64,000 bases of DNA from assembly GCF_000143415.4 (NCBI RefSeq), contig NW_003314283.1, positions 1,664,330 to 1,728,329 of the forward strand, given 5' to 3'. Shown in pieces: positions 48,753-60,329 of this stretch. The notes below the pieces were generated by a model, which did no database searches, was not told the origin of the DNA, and saw only the letters and a list, made by a program, of their open reading frames with translations. Every line of letters begins with the position of its first letter. The stretch's first letter is position 1. A program made the position numbers and the translations under genes. This DNA is from Selaginella moellendorffii. Its lineage: Eukaryota; Plantae; Lycopodiophyta.

Positions 48753-49170
48753 GATGGCATGTATTTATTTAAAAATGTAACTTATTATGGCATGGGGTTC
48801 CATGCCATTGTATTAATATTAAAAGACAATTCTTTGAGAGGATTTGCATTATACTAGAAGTGTTACAGCATGTTATTGGAAGTCTACGAAGTTGTTTTAT
48901 TAATAAGGGGAAAGTAAAGATTGAATGGGGACTTGGGCTCCACCTAGACTCGGAGCAACTGAGCCAATATTAAAAGGATGGAAAGAAATTGGACGACGAT
49001 GACAAGGAGAAGAGAGAGGTGAAGTAGTGGTAGGGGGAGGAGAAGTGATTGAGTAGACATTTCCTTGTTTAAAATAAAATGGCATGTGCCTCAATGCAGT
49101 TGAATTTTGTTATATTTATATACTATATAAAGGTTTGGAAACCTTATTTTACAAGTGGGATAATGACAAT

Positions 49171-49194
49171 TCCCACTTTAACGAAATAGAGCTT
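49171..49194 (-). repeat. Right terminal inverted repeat
   Basis: TCCCACTTTAACGAAATAGAGCTT. Confidence 0.95.
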
Positions 49195-50359
49195 ACAATG
49201 ACTTGATCATCAATTAAGCAACACCATAAGCAATACTGTTGTAATTAATTCAAAGGTTTATATGAATATTAAGTGCCAACTCAATTCCACAAAATGCAAC
49301 ATAAATGCCACACCCCACTAATAAAGATTTACGACACTCAACACCACTAACTTTTGTTCACAACACAAACAAGCTTATACCACTCTCTATCTGACCAAAC
49401 TCAAAACTAATCCAACACAAAGCTATTCAAGGAGCAATAGCAAAGTTCCTTGGAAAAGAATTGAGTATTATAACCTAAGTCTTTTAATAGCAAGCCTAGA
49501 CAATATAGTTTAGCGTTTCACCACTATTCATCCCACAATTCATTATTTGTATGACCATCATTTCCAACATGCATCAAAGTAACAACTTTTGATTGTATAA
49601 TGTGAACACGAATAATGAGTTAACATCTCGTTGCAAATTATTTCTCCAAGAAGAGAAAATGATTTACATGTTTGATCCTTTGTCCCTGAGGACTTTCTTT
49701 TTGGTATTATCTTTAACTAAACCTTAAGTTTGTGTTTGCATTGCCTTTAGTCCAATTTAAGAAAAATTTATGAGAAAGCATAACAATGACTACTTGAACC
49801 AATAGACTAATCCCTATAGTCTTAGGTGATCAACTTATAATCATGCCTAGGAAGGACCCACTAATATCATGCTAAATAGCTATAGACCAGTTTATTTGCC
49901 ACTCATAGAAAATCTAGAGGAGGTTTACTTTCACCTATGGTATATAGAACAACTTATAAGACCATTGGAACAACTCATGGAACCACTAGTAGGCTAATAT
50001 TAATTCTGCCAACTCATAACATAACCTTGAGTTGCTAATGTGTTTCACTTACGAGCCTAAGTGTAAACTCATGCAAAATGGTATATGTTAAATTCATTTT
50101 ATCAAATCAAAGTGTAACCTTGAGTTGCTAATATACCTCACTCACAAACCCAAGCACAAACTTGTGTAAATGGAACATCTCATTCCATCCTATGAGCCCA
50201 AGAGTAAGCTCACATAATATAGTACAAAAGGTAACCAAAATCCATACCTAAGAAACGAATGCAAACCCTTTGCACCCAAATGTGTACCCACTCAAACCAT
50301 CATTTTCATCTTTGCATATGCAATGAAACTAGTTCCCCAATCTCATTGAATATTGAATA

Positions 50360-50552
50360 TGTAAGCTCATGAGTTTAGACTTCCTGGGAGGTCACCCAGC
50401 TCAATAGTATTCAAACCCAAGGACACTTAACCTTATATCCTAAGACCCTTAACTGATTGGAAAAGGGGGTGCACTCTTGTTCATGGGCTCTTTCCCTCTA
50501 TATTTTAACCCCTATGGATTGTTTCTCGAGTTGTTCCCTTTAGCTACTTATA
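50360..50552. mobile_element. Solo LTR containing 5S-derived sequence (Cassandra-like TRIM)
   Basis: Termini TGTAAG...CTTATA (decayed CTTACA), 5-bp TSD GAATA (50355-50359 and 50553-50557), internal gacttcctgggaggtcaccca (antisense 5S). Absent from the other arm at ~32590. Confidence 0.8.
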
Positions 50553-52944
50553 GAATAGTACTTGCCGAGACATATCCTTTGATAGTAAATATAATGCACG
50601 TGGTTTTTACCCTTTATCCTATAGTGATTTACCATAGGATAACCACAAAGTGGAACCTAAATCCTCCATGTGCCACATGTCACATGCCACATACCACTTG
50701 CCATGTGTTCAAAAGATAGTGGTGTGGAACCCAAGTTTCAGGGCCTTAGGCCACTGAATGAAAGAACAAAGCCAATTCCTAAGTATGGAGCCAAGGAGTG
50801 AAGGCACTAGAGCACAAAATGATTCTTAAGTGTACACCAAGGAGCGAAGGGACAGAAGCACAGAGGGACTTGGAAAAGTCTTAAAACATCCAGCATCCTA
50901 ACGCCAAGACTAGCACACAAAACGGAGCCAAATAAGGTTTTAACATACTAGTGGCCGAACATGAGGATATAGGTACTCCACCAGTTAGCAGTGTGGAACT
51001 TGTGGGGCATAGAATAAAGACAAACACACAAGCAAGAGCTAAACTATACCTTAAATTAGTCAACTATACCTGACCTACCCACTATCCCTACTATATATTT
51101 AGAACCCCCCATAGCCCATAACCCCCCGCCCCCCCTAGCTTTAGGGTTTCACCCTTAACCACCCTTAGTACTAGGAGTTAGGGATAATCTTAAAACTTAT
51201 TAAATATGGAATATCTTTAGATTGCGCATTTGGACACGGGACGAACACTATTGTGTGTAAACAATCTCTACATTCTGTAAATATGCCAAATGAACAAATT
51301 TAGACACTTTTCATAAATAACATTAGGGACCGGAATGAGACTAACACAAAGGGCATGATAGCAAGGGTGTTTGGCAGACACTATAAGTTATTATCCAGTG
51401 ATATTAAAGGATTAATCTCAATACCTGAAGGTTTTTGTCATTAGCTAGTGCAAGATATAACAAGATAGCATAGATAACAAGATAACAAGATATAACAAGA
51501 TAACTAAATTATTTTTAGTTCTCTTTTGCTTTATTTTGCATTGACTTGGTAGGAACCCTCACATATTGAGCTTAATCCCTCAATATGCATACTAGACCTT
51601 GTTTTATATTAGAACAAGTTTAGAGTTTAGCTCTAAATTCAAGTATGTTACATTTGCTATCAGAAAAATTATCTTAGTGATTTTTATTCAACCTTTGTCA
51701 GATTTTCTAACTCTAGTTGTATATGCAGAGACTTTTTTAATAGATCTAAAGCAACTTATATAAGATTAGTTAAATTGCACCACTTGGTAAAAATGTTATA
51801 TGCATATTCATTTATTCATAGAGGCATACATGTAGTTGGTGAGATGGCAAAAAGGAATCATGTTAATGGTGTTGAAACCTCTAGACAAGGAAACTCTTAC
51901 TAAAGATGCTATGAAAAACACTAAGACTAAGTTAGAAAAGGAAGAGTTTGATGCTACAACATTGTAGTGTAAGCAGCTAAATTTTCCATTCTACTTTAGT
52001 CACTTAACTATATTTCTGACCATTTGGAGGAGTTTTACTCACAACCTTTATAAGTCTTATTCTAAACTTAGGGACTTGCTAGCCCCGTGAATGGCATCTA
52101 TGCCACTTAGCCTTTACATTTGATCTAAGTGCTTCACATATCTGATCCTCTAATTGACACCCCAAAGGTACTACTGACATATTAGTCTGTTATGCTAAGG
52201 CCATGCCCATTTACCCTTGTCTCATTGATAGTCTTAGACCACCTATGCCATAGTCCTATCTCTCAAAGAATAAGCCATCCATCCATGAGTGATCATCCTA
52301 AAACCACTCCTTAACATCCTTAAAATGCTTAGAGATATGAAAAACAACCTTCTCCAACATCCCTTTTTCAGTCCCTACCAAATCCCTTTCAATCCCTAGC
52401 CATGTTCGCTAACACTGCCACTAGACTAGAGCCTGAAGGCCCAACCACTACATCCCATTAACCTCTAGGACTTCTTTACCACATCATTGCATCTTTAGTC
52501 ATTACACAAAAGGACTATTCCTCTTTCTTTCCACAGTTTAGGATTTTGGGATAACATTTCAAAACACTATAACCTTATGCAAGCCTTGTGGGTATTCTCC
52601 CCACCTTCCACCTTTGATTACCCTAACTATGTGGTTAGAGCAAGGTTCTGATGAGCCACACTAAGTATCCAAGTAGGTAGTGTTATCCATATTTGGATTG
52701 GGAGAATTATCCATTCGATTTCTTAGGGGAGCTAGAGCTAGCTCTTGAACACTTCACCAAGTTACTCCACTTGTCCATTTGTATTCATTTTAGCTTTGGA
52801 CTCCTTAATGGTTATATCCTCACCCACCATGTGGGTATAGCCTTCTTTGGTCACATTGGCTTTTTTTGGCTAAATTGGCTCCACTAGAGTCCTCCCCTAC
52901 TATACTTTTAGAGCTCACCAAACCCCCCAAGGTCTAGGAGATGA

Positions 52945-53270
52945 TCGTTTTAGGCTTTGGATTTGGACTTGGATTTAATCTCGAACTCAGTCTCCGACTC
53001 GATCTTGGACTCAGTCTCGGACTCGGTCTTGGACTCAGTCTCAGACTCGGTCTTGGACTCGGTCTTAGTCTCAGTTTCGGTCTTAGTCTTGGTCTTGGTC
53101 TTGGTCTCTTTCTCGGCCTCGACCTCAAACTCCATCTCAGATCCATCTTGGAATCGACCTTAGACTCCATCTCAAGCCCATCTCAGACTCCATCTTGGGT
53201 CCCTCTCAGACTCCATCTCAGGTCCATCTCAAACTCTATCTCAGGTTCATTTCAAACTCCATCTCGGGTC
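52945..53270. repeat. Low-complexity hexamer/12-mer array related to 30520-31020; inverted relative at ~53520-53680
   Basis: ggtctt, ggactc and ctccatctcag units. Confidence 0.88.
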
Positions 53271-53779
53271 GTATGTTGCATATGAAACATAAATCCCTAA
53301 GCCCTAAAATGGCCACATAGTAATGGTTGAAGCGGAAGTCCAACTAGTGTAATATGTTTAGACCAAAACCTTTAACTTAGAAAGTCGAAAGTGGGAGTAG
53401 AATTCTGAATGAAGTGTTCGAGGGATGAGTATGAAGTAATCGGTGAATAAGTCTTTAAAAAGGGACACAAGAAGGATTAACACATGGCAAATGTCATGAC
53501 ATATTAAAGCGTTAGAAATAAGTCCAAGATGAAATTCGAGAAAAAATCCGAGATGAAGTCTGAAATAAAGTCCAATATAGACCTAAGATGGACCCAAGAT
53601 GGTGTCTAAAATGAAGTCCGATATGGACCTGAGATGGACTTGAGATGGAGTTCGATATGGATCCAAGATGGGCTCAAGATATTGAGATCAAGAATTTGTG
53701 AAAAGAAGTTTATAAATTAAAGGAGAACAAGAAAAAAAAAAAATTAGCTAGATAGCTAAACTAGCTAAATCTAAGCAAT

Positions 53780-55260
53780 TAGACTCTTCTTCAAGTTTTA
53801 AGGACAATGAAGTTTTGCAGTCACTCTTGGTTGCAAGAATTTCAAAATTCAATCCTTCAAAACTAATTAATTTCAAAGGCATATGGGACTATCAAGTTTT
53901 AGAAGATTAGGTTTATAATATAAAAAACTATTTATAACAATAAACATGGATGATTGTACAAAGGTTATGTGTATACAATCCTTTCTCATGGATCATACCA
54001 AAACTTTATGGCACTAGGTTTGAATTGAAAATGGGTATGCTAAAATGTAATCTTGTATTTATAAAGAATATTTGCTGGATGATCTTTGTCTAAAACTTCA
54101 TATAGAGCTATAATGATTAAAGTAGTATGGAGACTTTATGCATTATGTTAATGCATTTACTTAGAAATGCATTACAATTGCAAATATAAGTGATGAAGAT
54201 GCTCAAAGTTATTTTCTAAAAAGTTTAAATTTACTTTCTTGCAATAAGATTTTGAAATTTAAGCCGAAGACATACCTAAGGTGTAAAGAGGCAACATAGC
54301 AAGTTTCCTTTAGTCACTTGGTCATAGAATAGTATCAATAGTTATATGCTAGTACCTTAGATAAGAATTAAAACTTTAGGAATAAACAAGGTAATTGGAA
54401 ACAAAGGATGGAAGGAAGGTTTTGCTCTAGATGTTCACAAATAGTGGTTAATAAAGGTAGTAGTTGGTGACCACTAGCAGCTTTTATTGATCCAAAGCCC
54501 TCTATTGCTCCTCCTGGTGGGTATAAATAGCAATAACTTCCAAAACCTACTCTTAATGGAATAGATAATATGGGTTAATTGTGTCATTTGAAACACTTGG
54601 AGTTAGTGTTTTAGAAGTTCCAATAATACAAACTACATACTAAGGTAAGTAAATGCATTTTTGGATAATTGCATTTGAACTTTCTCAGGTATATAGTTAA
54701 TGGTGGCATATTTCAGAACTCTATTAGTTGTTCTCCATGAAAGATGTTGCAAGGGAATGTTCATGGGGTTCTTCAACAAATTGTTGTATGAAAACTAATA
54801 TCTAAAGTGTTAGTCCCAGCTTTTAAGATTTATATGAAGTAGTTGAGCCAAGGTTGGTCTAGGGCAACTGATGCAATGGCCAAAACTCAAGATAGGTATC
54901 AATATAATAAGGATCACCATCATTGGGATGTAACCTATCAAGTGGCAAACCAAGTTTGGTTATCCTCCCGGAACTTAAATATTAAGGTCTTTGTCCTAGA
55001 AGCTATTACCAAGATATGTTAAACCCTATCAGGTATTAAAGCAAATTAGTGATGTATTTTATAAATTGGATCTTTAAGTTATAAGATATGAGTTATCCTA
55101 TATATATGATGTGTTCCATGTAAGTTTGCTAGCACCAGATCATGCTGTTGTAGAACACTCTCTAGCCATTTTTTTCCCACTAGCAATTGTTGATGGTGAA
55201 CCTAAGCATGAAGTTGACATTATTGTGGGATAATAGGGATAGTAGTTGGAAGTATAACCA
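53780..55260 (+). mobile_element. Highly decayed Ty3/gypsy remnant (gag, integrase C-terminus, chromodomain start)
   Basis: KLLPRYVKPYQVLKQISDVFYKLDL, DVFHVSLL, IVDGEPKHEVDIIVG; many stops. Confidence 0.75.
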
Positions 55261-55888
55261 ACTATCTAAAACATTAATTTAGTTTTTATTGAGTTATGTT
55301 GCTAATTGTTTTACATTTGACTTGGGGTCTAAGCCCAAATTCCATGCTACTCTAGTTCATGGCATACCCTTCTTATATTAAGCCATTGGTATATTAAAAT
55401 TATGCTAGACTCCATTTGACACTATTTTGCATGCAAAAGTTGGATATGAGGAACTTGTGCTCATAAGGGATATTAAATGTGTACTAAACCTTCATTTTGT
55501 AATGTAATGGGTTTAGAATTTAACTCTAAATTTAAGTGTGCTACAACAAAAATTGAGGGTCCATCCATAAGTAACTTCCACCTTTTATAAGTTTCTACAT
55601 TGAGTTTTTAGAAAGAGGCTGTGAGTTTTTCTAGCATAACTCAACAACAAGCTACAGCCACAACAAACTTACAATCCTTCTTTACACACCAACCCAAGCT
55701 ACCCAAAATCCAAGTCCTTTATTCTTCAGAACTGCCTATGTGCTTTAAGTGGGTTCTCCTTCCAGAAAATGGCAATGGTCAGCGGTAAAGGTTAAAGTTA
55801 GTTCGGTAGGTTAAATTTAAATATTTAAGATTAAGGCTAACATTGAAAAACCTAGGGCTCCTCGAAAGCTTTTAGCTGCCGGACAGAG

Positions 55889-58240
55889 ATGTACCCGCTT
55901 GAGATCAAGGTGAATAAGGCGCGGGTGGCGAGGGCTCGTGAAGTAGATTTTGCACAGTTGCGCAATGAAGGCTCCAAGGTTTTTCTTCCGTTCCCGGGGT
56001 TGGAGGGTTCGTGCCAGATCAAGAGGCCTCCTCTCGAGTTCGCATTTTGCAGCACGGGGGAGTACATCGGTTTTAGGAATGCTGTGAAACCTTTACTCAA
56101 GGATAGCATGGGGGGCGTTTTCATATTGACAGGTACCAAGGGAGGGGGGAAAAGCAGCATATTGAGAGCCTTCGCTTGGGAGCTTATTAAACTTTACGAT
56201 ATGTCCAACAAGCGGCCACGATCTGGATGTCCTATCACCAGAGTAGTGTGTATTTGGTACTTGAATGTGGATCATCCCGTTGCTGAACAGATCCGTGACG
56301 TGCTGCTATTCACGTTCTGCAACGAGAAAGGCTCGGAGGAGGCCATAGCCTCCATAGAAACACCGGAAGATGCTAAGGCATTTCTGGAAAGTCGGAGGCG
56401 GCTCGGCGAAAGGATCGTCCTGTTGACTGATGGGGAAGAGCGTCATGATCTGACGACCGGAAGTGATGCAGAGAAGCGCAAGGCAGCCAGGAAATGGACA
56501 GACGAACTTTGGGGGCAAGCACTTGTTGTGGTGAAGGCCCTTTCACCCAACAGTGAAGTATTGAAACAATCTCGGTTTCAAGGTAGTCCCACAGTATATA
56601 ATATCAACAAGATGTTCACGGAGGTAATGTGATGCCTTGAGATTGGAGTTTGCTAACTATCTTCGTCAAACAGGCAGAGCGTGATGCGTACCTGTCGGGA
56701 ACTGTTCTTGGCAAGTTTCTTGAGAACTATCCTGAGCACTGGGGTGATGTCGAGGACCTTGCTGCATGCCACCCGCTGTCACTTTCCATTCTTGTTAACC
56801 ATTGCAACAGCCTGACAGGTTACGCCTCAGGTGCTCGAGAAGAGTACAATGATTTTGACGAGCTATATGATCTCTGGCCCGGGCTTGCCGCTGATCCTTC
56901 TGCCACCACTGATCCTTCTGCCACTGATTCTTCTGCTGCTGTTCCTCCTGCCACTGACCCTTCTGCTGCTGATCCCAATCAGCTAATTGAGGAGTACTGC
57001 CATGTAAGGGCACCGTGTGAATTATTGTAACTAGGGCCTTAACGTTCTGTCCTGCAGAAGTTAGACTGGAAAATGCTTGTGCGGCGCTACAAACAGGATC
57101 CAGAATTTCAAGATTTAAAAAATTCGATACACAGGAACATGGCGAATTTGGACCCGGTGTTACCATATGTGAAACTGGCTGTTCTTTTCCCGGCGTTTAC
57201 GGTGGCGACGGAGTTCTGCACCCCTTTTATCGCAAGGATCCATACGGAGGAGGTGAACAGGCACTTGACGTCTACAGATCCTATCGGAACAAAGTTCCGA
57301 CGGCTTACGCACGTCAAAGGCTGGCAGATGTGCGGCGTATGAACTGGGCTGAGCTCCGCTACTTGAAGAAATAAACTATCCGGAAGTAGTACAAATCCTT
57401 GACCATCCCGAAAGCCCTTAGTCTGCACCTGCTTCGGTTCTGCTCCCTCAAAAGGTTCCCTGGCGAATTCTCTCGGAACCTTGAAATGCCTTTCTTACAA
57501 ATCACTTTACAAATAAAATTTTCAATCAGCCACACCGATGGTGGTGTTCAAGTCTGAAGGCGTCGTCCATATAATTGCTGGGCAGATAACCATGAACCCT
57601 GCGGCCCATCGAAAGACAGAAGAGAAGTTGTGAAGAAGTCATACGTTCAAATGTGGCTACCGGACGTGAGCAAGGACGAAGTTCGGGTGCATATGCCTTC
57701 TTCAGCCCGACGAAGGTTGATTTGAACCCCCTGGACAAAGAGGCGGATACTATGGAGTATCGGCTGCATGTTTCGACTTTCTTGGAGTCCTTCGCCCATG
57801 GTATCACGGAAGAAGATAGCAAGTTGCTAGAGGAGCTGGAAGAGAAGAGAAAAGAGGCCATGGAGAAGAGAAAGCAGTCCAAGAAGGAGAAGCGGTCTAA
57901 AATGGACCCTGCCGTGCTGAAGTGGGTCAATAAATGCAAGAAGGCATTCCTGCAGGCGAAGGCGCGGAAGCATCAGATATGGGTAACTGGAACTAAAGAG
58001 AGAATCGTGAAGTCAATATTGGACGCAGGGGTTATGGAGGACTGTGGCGGTCCTGGGAGGCAGTGTGCTGCATGTGCCATACTTGAGGGCTCACAGCTAC
58101 GCTCACGGCACAGGCCAAGACCAAAATGTGATAGCGAAGAGAAGCTGAAGAGGAAGAAGCTGATGCAGCAAGCATCTTCAAGTAGCAATGAACAGAAGCA
58201 GCACTGGAAGAAGGTAAGTAGTGACGAAGAGGTAGAGTAG
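55889..58240 (+). CDS. Crinkler (CR)-like P-loop NTPase plus putative REase-fold domain; probably disrupted in its 3' half
   Basis: LPFP..., Walker A ILTGTKGGGKSSIL, RVVCI, VLLFTF, Walker B IVLLTDG; downstream VVHIIAGQITMNPAAHRKTEEK at ~57540-57630; introns at ~56624-56671 and ~57004-57060. Confidence 0.6.
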
Positions 58241-60329
58241 CGATGAACATGGATGCAGTTTAAGCTCTGGTCTCGTCTGTAGTTCAGCAAGTAGATAGAT
58301 GATGCCACTACAAAAATAGAATTGAAACTGGCAGAGTAGAATAAATAGAGAACTAGCAAGCAATCCAGCTCTGCTGGAATAGAATTATATCACCAAACAA
58401 CAATTTTCTTATCTATTTGTAGCCAATATTTTTTGTGTTAATAATTCTGTTTTGCACTGTAGCAATCTTCTATAAAGATTAAAATTCATTTTTTTTATGT
58501 TCCCTTCAAGAAAGTAACATTGGCCGAAAATTAATCTTAGCAGAAAATGGCAGTGTTTTTCTTTAGGATTTACATATGCAGAAAATGCAAGCTTTATAGG
58601 AAATTGGCGCCTTTTTAGAATGAATAGCATGTCTCAATCAAATAGGACTCTTTTGCTTTGCATATCACTGTATAAGATTTCAGCTTTGATTATGTTTGGT
58701 AAAGAATCTAGGAGTTGGTAACATTGTGAAGATCTGCTGCTGCTGCAAGACAAAAGCTTAACTTTTCTAGAGGCTGCTCATCGTGACAACAGACCTTGTG
58801 CATGCACAGTTCCCCAAACTTGCAAAAAAAATTGTGCTCCAACCAGTTCTCTTTAATTTGACATTCCTTGGAGCAATAGCTCACAAGAAAGCATCCAGCA
58901 AGTTGTTGTACAAAAGTTGCTTCATGAACCCTATTTCTAGATGGAGCATTACAATGTAGCCAATCTTTATGTTTAGCTTGTGAGCATTCCAGTTATCAAG
59001 TTTAAAAACTCCAAAGGATTGTCAAGTATCTTTTCATCTGTTTCTGTTTCTATGATATTAATGCTTATTGTGCAGACTTCCAGATGCATGGTCATTAACT
59101 TGCTCATTTAAAGTTCTGAGAATAGCCTTTTGTGATAGACTTGGGTTGTCTGGCTCTCTATATTTTCCAAACACACTATCAATTGTTCTCTAGTGGTGGA
59201 TGTTAGTGGCAGTCTGACAAATGTCTTTGTTGAATTTTATAGGAGGTTTAGGGAGCCTAGTCTCACAAGCCAGTTTAACCATTCTTTTTCTTTTGGGTTC
59301 ACTTGAATGAGCAACAAGAATTTCAGGAGTTTCTATATTGGTGAAGATTTGACTCTATTTTCAACAATTTGAGTGTGACAGGCCCGGGTCATTTTGTATT
59401 ACTGGCTAAAACTCAAATTGCTCAGAAAGAAAATTTGATACTTGATAGGTCACAAGCAACTTAGAGACGAGGCTTCCACATTTGAATGTTGGATCCATTG
59501 CCAGGGAGAAGTTTGCCACTACTTAGAAGAGGTGGACCTTGACATGCAAGACTACAAGGAGCTGGTGCAGGCAAGAAGAAGTCAGCTAGTAAAGGAAAAG
59601 GAGTCTAAGGTTGAAGCAAAGGAGAATGGGGAAGCTTCGAGAGCTTCTCTCTGCTAGTTGGGATGAAATGGCAGATGAAAGACTCTTTGCAGTGGGAGGA
59701 AACGAAGTTTCAGGATGCAACGTGATTTCCAAGCACAGCACTATGAGGATGTTGGTGGTGAGATTATTTTATCAGATGGAGAATTCAGGCAAATATAGGG
59801 ATTCTGTTTTCTTTTGCTCCTTACATTCTGCTTGAAGGCTGTTTGTACAGAACAGCCAGCCTGTCCATGGGAGTGAGGCCCTCTGCACTTGTTTCCCCTG
59901 TTCGCTGTTATGGAATGTCCTAAGATAAATCACAGAACATTAGAGCGCACTGTCATGAAACCTAAGTTACGGATGCTTAGAAGCCAATGGCAAGTGTACT
60001 TGCGAAAGAAAATTTTTCTCAGCTTGATCAGGCTTGGCCATCTCGATCAAAGAATTTGTGGGGACAAATAAACGAAAGATTATATCATGTATCTGGAAAC
60101 GCTTTGTAATGTCCTTGACCTTTCCCCCCGCTTGTGGTGATGGAGAGCCAGTTAGAGCTACCAATCGTGGATCCTCTCCTAGAGTTGCTGCAGATGCTGG
60201 AATCTTTGCAGTCAGTGGATCTCTCAGGGCTGTCGACCACGGAGCAGGCCAAAGAAGAATTTTCGGCCGCGGCTTTGGCTTTGCAGACACGTCTGTTGTG
60301 GTCGGTTCAGATTGAGATCGAAACAACAA

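Larger units (their letters stand above)
35408..49194. mobile_element. 13.8-kb DNA transposon (Sola-like) with 24-bp TIRs, a 4-bp TSD (ACAA) and a cargo gene
   Basis: AAGCTCTATTTCGTTAAAGTGGGA at 35408-35431 and its exact reverse complement at 49171-49194. ACAA at 35404-35407 and 49195-49198. Removing the element restores atcacaatga, matching the uninterrupted copy at ~33640-33650. Confidence 0.93.

Noticed and set aside
35634-49100. Palindromic repeats as a CRISPR array
   Set aside because: Spacing is irregular (tens to thousands of bp), copies lie in introns and exons, there are no cas genes, and the context is eukaryotic.
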